A stretch of 64,000 nt of DNA from Nitrospirota bacterium (GTDB taxonomy: Bacteria > Nitrospirota > UBA9217), in the NCBI GenBank assembly GCA_963790205.1, contig CAWBNQ010000003.1, positions 736,001 to 800,000 on the forward strand, written 5' to 3'. Of this stretch, positions 58,611 to 64,000 are shown in pieces (positions within the stretch are counted from its first letter, which is position 1; every line of letters starts with the position of its first letter). The notes below the pieces were generated by a model, which was given only the letters and a program-made list of their open reading frames with translations, ran no database searches and had not been told where the DNA came from. The translations under genes were made by a program, and so were the position numbers.

Positions 58611-59111
58611 ATGAAAAATAGCGGATTTACCATGCTCGAAATTATCGTCGTCATGGCCATTCTTGGCACCCTGCTCGGCATTGCCGCCATGTCCGGACGC
58701 GACTGGTTGGAACGGTACCGGGTGGAAGGGCAGACAAAAGAGCTGTATGCAGATTTGATGAATGCAAGGGTAAGCGCCCTGCAGAAAAACCGGGTGTTTT
58801 TTGTGGCTCTGCAGACAGCAAACCAGTATGCAATCTATGAGGACACGCATCCTTCTCCTGACGGGGATGAAGACCTGCAACCGACGCGAGACACGCTTGT
58901 GATGCAGAAGCCCACGCGCTTCCCGCTTCAGCCTCGTCTGGCTTTAGGCCGCACAACCTTTAGCTTCGGGAAAAACGGCCTGGTGTCGCTCAATGGCTCG
59001 ATCCGGTTTTATTCATCCGCAGATCCTTTCTCCGACTGTATTAAACTTTTTTCAACAAGGATACTCATGGGGAAATGGGACGGATCGTCATCGACATGCA
59101 TTGCTCAATAA
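58611..59111 (+). CDS. Second FimT/FimU-like minor pilin (paralogue of 54598-55089)
   Basis: G-FTMLE; WLERYRVEGQTK..Y.DLMNARVSA.Q.NRVFFV shared with the first copy. Confidence 0.88.
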   Translation: MKNSGFTMLEIIVVMAILGTLLGIAAMSGRDWLERYRVEGQTKELYADLMNARVSALQKNRVFFVALQTANQYAIYEDTHPSPDGDEDLQPTRDTLVMQKPTRFPLQPRLALGRTTFSFGKNGLVSLNGSIRFYSSADPFSDCIKLFSTRILMGKWDGSSSTCIAQ

Positions 59112-59338
59112 GCATGGTATGATGCCGGGAGAGGATTGAGTCGCCGGGCACGTGGCGCTGTGGTCGCGGATGAAGATATTATATCTTCCTCGAAAAGAGG
59201 TGATATGGTATAATACAAACTCTCACCGACAAAAAAAGCGGTATCCAATGCCATGGATATTGCCGCACAGGTGATTCATGCAAAGTTTCGATGTTCTCAA
59301 AATCCGCCTCAATAGGTTTTTTAGTGTAAGAGATTACT

Positions 59339-60052
59339 ATGGATTTGCTGATCGAAGGTTTTAAACGGGCCTTTTCGCTCATTTTCCATTTTGATGCCGA
59401 GTTGATTGGCATTGTTTATTTATCCCTCAAAGTTTCAGTCCTTGCTCTGCTGATCGCAACGGCAGCTGGTTTGCCGCTGGGGGCGCTGCTCGGCCTGAAG
59501 CGTTTTTCTGCCAAAGGGCCGATCATCAGTCTCATGAATACCTTTATGGGACTGCCTCCGGTGGTGGTCGGGCTTTTTCTCTACCTCCTCCTTTCGCGCA
59601 GCGGCCCGCTCGGGTTTATGGGGTTGCTCTACACGCCCGGGGCCATGGTTTGTGCCCAGATAATCCTTGCCCTCCCGATCGTGCTGTCTCTGACACACTC
59701 CGCTGTTGTCAATGTCGATCCAATCATCCGCCAGGCGTCGCTCTCGCTCGGTGCATCGCCGTTTCAAGTCGTTCTGGCGGTTATTGCCGAGGCGCGGTAC
59801 GGCATTCTGTCGGGGATCATGGCCGCCTTCGGCCGGGTAATGGCCGAGGTCGGCGCGATCCTGATCGTGGGCGGCAATATAGCCGGGCTTACACGGGTCA
59901 TGACCACGGCCATTGCGCTCGAGACGGACAAGGGAAATTTCGAACTTGCGCTTGCGCTGGGCGTTGTTCTGCTGCTGCTGTCGTTGATCATCAACATTGC
60001 GCTCCACTTCGTCCAGAAGAAGGGGACGGTGCATACCGAAACATGGCTCTGA
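59339..60052 (+). CDS. tupB: Tungstate ABC transporter permease
   Basis: NTFMGLPPVVVGL, SRSGPLG and EVGAILIVGGNI.G.TRVMTTAIALET motifs. Confidence 0.88.
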   Translation: MDLLIEGFKRAFSLIFHFDAELIGIVYLSLKVSVLALLIATAAGLPLGALLGLKRFSAKGPIISLMNTFMGLPPVVVGLFLYLLLSRSGPLGFMGLLYTPGAMVCAQIILALPIVLSLTHSAVVNVDPIIRQASLSLGASPFQVVLAVIAEARYGILSGIMAAFGRVMAEVGAILIVGGNIAGLTRVMTTAIALETDKGNFELALALGVVLLLLSLIINIALHFVQKKGTVHTETWL

Positions 60053-60705
60053 CGCTCACGCTGACCAACATATCGAAACGCTATAACGGCAAAGCAGCGC
60101 TTCGCGATTGCTCCTTTGCCTTCGATCACAGCGTGATCTACGCGCTTATGGGTCTGAACGGCAGCGGGAAATCGACGCTCCTCAGGATATGCGCTCTTCT
60201 CGAACCTGTCGACGACGGCACGCTCACGTATCAGGCAGGCAAAGACCTCCTTCCGCATGACCTGGCGCTCAGGCGCAGGATGTCCCTGGTGCTGGCCAGG
60301 GTCGGCGTTTTCAACACGACGGTAATGAACAACGCGGCCTACGGGCTCAGGGTGCGGGGATTCGAAAAGGCCGTCATCGCACGGAGAGTCGAAGCGGCGC
60401 TTGAAACCGTCAGGCTCGCGCATAAAAAGCAGCAGAATGCCCTCACTCTTTCGAGCGGGGAGACCCAGCGTCTGGGCCTGGCGCGGGCGATGGCTATCGA
60501 GCCGGAAGTCCTGTTCCTGGATGAGCCCACGGCCTCGATCGATGAAGAAAATACGCAGATCGTCGAAGGCATCATTCGTGCCATGAAACAGGGCGGAAAG
60601 ACCATGGTCATCATGACTACCCATGACCGGGAACAGGCCGCGCGGCTGGCGGACAGGGTGATCGAAATGCGGGACGGAAGGATATTTATTGCTGATGGCT
60701 CATAG
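60043..60705 (+). CDS. tupC: ABC transporter ATP-binding subunit (TupC-like)
   Basis: GLNGSGKST, LSSGETQR and LDEPT motifs; overlaps the tupB stop. Confidence 0.8.
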   Translation: MALTLTLTNISKRYNGKAALRDCSFAFDHSVIYALMGLNGSGKSTLLRICALLEPVDDGTLTYQAGKDLLPHDLALRRRMSLVLARVGVFNTTVMNNAAYGLRVRGFEKAVIARRVEAALETVRLAHKKQQNALTLSSGETQRLGLARAMAIEPEVLFLDEPTASIDEENTQIVEGIIRAMKQGGKTMVIMTTHDREQAARLADRVIEMRDGRIFIADGS

Positions 60706-60714
60706 CGGAGAGCT

Positions 60715-61326
60715 ATGAGCACCGAACACGAGCGTATGGCCCCTTTTATGAATGAACCGATCATCCTGGCGTCCAACTCCCCCCGGCGACGGGAGCTGCT
60801 GAAGCAAATCGGCTTGATCTTTACGACAGACCCGGCCGATGTGGACGAGCGGGTGCTGCCCGGCGAGGGCGCTGAAGCGTATGCTGTCCGCGTGGCGCTC
60901 GATAAAGCACGTGTCGCCGCGGGCCGGGCCGGGAAGGGGATCGTCATCGCCGCCGACACGATCGTGGTCCTCGGCGACGCTATCCTTGGCAAGCCGGCGG
61001 ACGCCCGGGACGCCGAACGCATGCTCGGCATGCTTTCGGGCAGGATGCACCGGGTGATCTCGGGATTGGCAATCGTGGACGCGAAAACGGGCAGAGCGAG
61101 CACTGGAGCGGCCGGTACCACGGTCTGGTTCCGGGGCCTCACGCCCGCCGAGATACGCTCCTATGTTTTGACCGGAGAGCCGCTCGATAAAGCGGGCGCT
61201 TACGGCATCCAGGAAAAGGGAGCGCTTCTTGTAGAGAAGATCGAAGGGTGCTACTTCAACATTGTCGGCCTTCCCCTGTTCCTTCTCGGGGGAATGCTCC
61301 GCGAGTACGGGGTAAACCTTTTATAA
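60715..61326 (+). CDS. maf: Maf family nucleoside triphosphate pyrophosphatase
   Basis: ILASNSPRRRELL, ADTIV, LGKP, DKAGAYGIQ and NIVGLP motifs. Confidence 0.95.
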   Translation: MSTEHERMAPFMNEPIILASNSPRRRELLKQIGLIFTTDPADVDERVLPGEGAEAYAVRVALDKARVAAGRAGKGIVIAADTIVVLGDAILGKPADARDAERMLGMLSGRMHRVISGLAIVDAKTGRASTGAAGTTVWFRGLTPAEIRSYVLTGEPLDKAGAYGIQEKGALLVEKIEGCYFNIVGLPLFLLGGMLREYGVNLL

Positions 61327-61426
61327 ATCGGCTCCTTCCCCCATTTCCCCGCTTTTTGCCGAAGAGCTGCTATTTCCCGATGCGCCCCGTTGGAGCGGGT
61401 TTCGCTTAATTATTTACCCCCCCGGC

Positions 61427-61455
61427 TTGACAAGCCCTGTTTGTCATTCTAAAAT
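61427..61455 (+). promoter_or_regulatory. Sigma-70 promoter with an overlapping inverted-repeat operator candidate
   Basis: TTGACA-N17-TAAAAT; TGACAA-N7-TTGTCA at 61428-61446. Confidence 0.65.
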
Positions 61456-61508
61456 ATTAATATGTACGAACTATCAATGAGAATGCCATGTATTGGGGGT
61501 GAGCTATT

Positions 61509-62150
61509 GTGAGTGCTATCCGCATAATGATCGCTGATAATGATACCGGACAGGTGGAGACCTTGAGAGCGGCGCTCGATCACGGGGATTTTGAGATATT
61601 GTCGGTTGTCTCGGCGCGGGAAACCGCGATCAAGCAGCTGTCTATCGAGCCCGATATCATTCTCCTGAACCCCGAGATCCTGAAACAGCGCACGCTCTCG
61701 CGTTTCATACACTCGGTGCAGAGCAAGTCTCCTTCTACCCGCGTCGTCTGCGTGCTGAAGGACGCTCCGTCCGAAGAAAACGCCATTGCCGATATCAAGG
61801 CCGGCATCAGGGGTTTCATCAAGACCACGGACCAGGCTACAAACATTGCCAAGGCCCTCCGGTCGGTGTACGGCGGTGAAATATGGGCAGAGCGCAGGAT
61901 TCTGGAGAAGGCCATTGCCAACCCCATGCTTCTGCCGGAGACGCTGCAGGCCCACGTGCCGGGCTTGCCGCCGCTGACCAACAGGGAAATGGAAATGCTT
62001 ACCCTGGTTCTGCAAGGCGCTACCAACAGAGAAATCGCCGACCGGAGCAAAATAAGCGAGAGGACGGTGAAAACTCATTTGTACCGGGTCTATCGGAAGC
62101 TCAGGGTCAAGAGCAGGACCAAGGCAATAGCTTTGCTGTCTCATGCATAA
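61509..62150 (+). CDS. LuxR/NarL-family regulator with an atypical (pseudo) receiver domain
   Basis: LTNREMEML...GATNREIA...ISERTVKTHL HTH; receiver reads DIILLN instead of DxxLLD. Confidence 0.88.
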   Translation: MSAIRIMIADNDTGQVETLRAALDHGDFEILSVVSARETAIKQLSIEPDIILLNPEILKQRTLSRFIHSVQSKSPSTRVVCVLKDAPSEENAIADIKAGIRGFIKTTDQATNIAKALRSVYGGEIWAERRILEKAIANPMLLPETLQAHVPGLPPLTNREMEMLTLVLQGATNREIADRSKISERTVKTHLYRVYRKLRVKSRTKAIALLSHA

Positions 62151-62184
62151 ATTTGCAGTTCCATAAAATACGACTTTGGGGCCA

Positions 62185-62212
62185 TTGACACCGGATGATT
62201 AACTGCTATGTT
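62185..62212 (+). promoter_or_regulatory. Sigma-70 promoter for the candidate ncRNA
   Basis: TTGACA-N16-TATGTT with a TGn extended -10. Confidence 0.6.
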
Positions 62213-62218
62213 TAAAAC

Positions 62219-62440
62219 AACGACTGTGCTGTTGGAAGGCTTTGATCGGGCTTGAGGCTGGCGCAACGGCGGCTGACTTTACCCCCCCTATGAGCAGAGT
62301 GGATGCCGCGCTTGAGTCTCCCAACGAGATGCCGAAAGGCCGAACGAGCCGTGGTAAAAACATCAGTGCGCGTGCCAACAGAGTACAACAGTACAGCCAT
62401 TAAGGCGTCCCGACGAGTCGGGGCGCCTTGTTTTTTCTTC
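62219..62440 (+). ncRNA. Candidate stand-alone structured non-coding RNA, family not recognised
   Basis: Own promoter and terminator; 11-bp 5'/3' closing helix; several internal helices, a GAAA tetraloop and possible pseudoknots; no credible sense ORF. Confidence 0.65.
62402..62439 (+). terminator. Intrinsic terminator
   Basis: AAGGCGTCCCGA-CGAG-TCGGGGCGCCTT followed by GTTTTTTCTT. Confidence 0.85.
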
Positions 62441-62503
62441 CTCTGATGAAAGACGCCGCGGTTGGTTCTTGACGCGGACATGGAATGACGGTAGGGTATC
62501 TTT

Positions 62504-63772
62504 ATGACCGCAGCGCTCATTGTTCTTTACCTGCTTGTTGCCGGGGCCGGTTATTGGCTTAAATATCTCAATCTCACCTATTTAAAAACGCACGGCAAGA
62601 CAGTACCGTCTGAATTCGAGGGGACCGTCGACCCTGCGCTCCTGCAAAAAATAACCGCTTACACCTTCGAAAACAGCCGCACCGGTATCGTAGAATCAAT
62701 CATCGGCAATGTGCTCCTTCTTTTTTTCCTCTTCGGAGGCCTGCTCGGCGCCTATGACCGCTGGATCGCTTCCCTTTCCGGCTCTTTTATCACGGCCGGA
62801 GCGCTTTTTGTCCTCATCCTTCTTGCGGCGGAAACGCTTATCGACATTCCCTTCGGCCTCTACCGGAATTTCAGGATCGAGAACCGGTACGGGTTCAATG
62901 CCATGACCGTGAAGCTCTGGTCCACCGATCTGGTAAAAGCAGTCGCAATTTCCGCCGTCCTGGGAACGCTGGTCACGGCAGCGGCATTGTCCATCGTACA
63001 GGCAACCCCTGCCTGGTGGTGGCTCTGGGTATGGGCCTTCCTGCTGGTCTTCGGCATTTTCATGATGTATATATCTCCGTATGTGATCGAGCCGCTCTTT
63101 TTTAAGTTCGAACCGGTCAAATCCGAGGGATTGGAAAGGGATATCCGGCAGCTCATGGAACGCGCCGGACTCAAGGTGAGCCGCGTGTTCCAGGTCGACG
63201 CTTCCCGGCGGAGCCGCCACTCCAATGCCTATTTTACCGGAATAGGCCGGGTAAAGCGCATTGTGCTTTTCGACACGCTGATCGAACAGATGACGGAGAA
63301 CGAGCTTCTCGCGGTCCTTGCCCACGAAGTGGGTCATTGGAAGAAGCGGCACGTGCTCAAGCGCATGGTCCTTACCGAGGCGTCCGCCTTTCTCGGGCTG
63401 CTCGTTGCCTACTGCCTGCTCGGATGGGCCGGGCTGCCGCATATGATCGGCCTGGAGGACGCTTCATTCTATGCGCGGATCGTCATTGTGGGGTTCCTCG
63501 GTTCCCTTGCGCTATTTCCGATCACACCGCTCTTTAGTTATCTCTCAAGAAAAGACGAACGCGAGGCCGATCGCTTTGCGGCTGAGCTTACCGGCCGTCC
63601 CGAGGCCATGGCCTCGGCGCTTGTCAAGCTTTCACGGGAGAACCTCTCCAATCTTCATCCGCATCCGCTGTATGCGAAATTCTATTATTCCCACCCTCCG
63701 GTCGTTGAGAGGATAAGAAACCTGAAAAAGGCCGGCGAAGGTAACCAGCAGGCAGAAGGCAGTAAACAGTAA
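62504..63772 (+). CDS. M48 family (Ste24-like) zinc metalloprotease
   Basis: DASRRSRHSNAYFTG, HEVGH, EREAD and YSHPP motifs. Confidence 0.92.
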   Translation: MTAALIVLYLLVAGAGYWLKYLNLTYLKTHGKTVPSEFEGTVDPALLQKITAYTFENSRTGIVESIIGNVLLLFFLFGGLLGAYDRWIASLSGSFITAGALFVLILLAAETLIDIPFGLYRNFRIENRYGFNAMTVKLWSTDLVKAVAISAVLGTLVTAAALSIVQATPAWWWLWVWAFLLVFGIFMMYISPYVIEPLFFKFEPVKSEGLERDIRQLMERAGLKVSRVFQVDASRRSRHSNAYFTGIGRVKRIVLFDTLIEQMTENELLAVLAHEVGHWKKRHVLKRMVLTEASAFLGLLVAYCLLGWAGLPHMIGLEDASFYARIVIVGFLGSLALFPITPLFSYLSRKDEREADRFAAELTGRPEAMASALVKLSRENLSNLHPHPLYAKFYYSHPPVVERIRNLKKAGEGNQQAEGSKQ

Positions 63773-63900
63773 CCAGTAAACGATAAGCAGTAGACAGCAA
63801 ACGGGGGGCAGATGCGCACCTGTTCTCAAATTACCTCCGTTTTACTGCCTTCCGCTTTTTCGATTGACCGGTATCCGCCTGTTATGTTATTGTTTCCGAT

Positions 63901-64000
63901 ATGAGAAAGGCTTCCGAAATCCCGCGCCTTGAACAGAAGATCAAGCGCCTGTCCACGCTCATCGACGTCAACGCCCTCATCAGCTCCTCGCTCAATCTCG
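63901..64000 (+). CDS. N-terminus of a probable GAF-domain signalling protein (truncated by window edge)
   Basis: MRKASEIPRLEQKIKRLSTLIDVNALISSSLNL resembles a GAF N-terminal helix. Confidence 0.4.
   Translation, partial: MRKASEIPRLEQKIKRLSTLIDVNALISSSLNL

Noticed and set aside
54598..59111. Diversity-generating retroelement template/variable repeat pair in the two fimT genes
   Set aside because: Differences are not restricted to adenines, both copies are intact ORFs, and no reverse transcriptase is present
62212..62520. 102-aa minus-strand ORF over the candidate ncRNA
   Set aside because: No recognisable domain, it overlaps the M48 gene start, and the promoter and terminator polarity favour plus-strand transcription

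Overview
A GC-rich bacterial chromosomal segment. Gene content and order suggest Nitrospirota or a deltaproteobacteria-like lineage (inference only). The housekeeping backbone is mlaD, galU, lon, thiL, folD, pdxJ-acpS-nnr-CBS-tsaE-nadK-udg-HIT-mutS, rplI-dnaB and maf. Accessory blocks are: (i) a membrane glycosylation module with two Dpm1-like GT2s, DUF2304, a TMTC-like GT-C and a second GT-C-like protein, facing a lower-GC minus-strand wzx/glycosyltransferase cluster with five methyltransferase domains; (ii) a patatin-GDPD-glpD lipid catabolism trio; (iii) tandem TPR-like/cNMP-binding paralogues and a sigma-54-preceded type IV pilus tip locus (pilY1-fimT-pilV-pilW-pilX-Ig lipoprotein-second fimT); (iv) tupBC and a pseudo-receiver LuxR regulator. 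The most notable signals are non-coding. One is a free-standing, highly structured ~200-nt RNA candidate with its own promoter and terminator (62.2-62.4 kb) that I cannot match to a family I recognise. The other is a dense set of small palindromic elements: 6/7/8/9-mer tandem-repeat hairpins, a MITE with a 6-bp target duplication, a hairpin cassette that inserts into other repeats, and modular giant hairpin arrays. These nest inside one another and inside protein-coding genes. Three core genes (lon, nadK, udg) carry +1 frameshifts that are probably assembly errors. No CRISPR array, tRNA, rRNA, transposase or integrase was seen.
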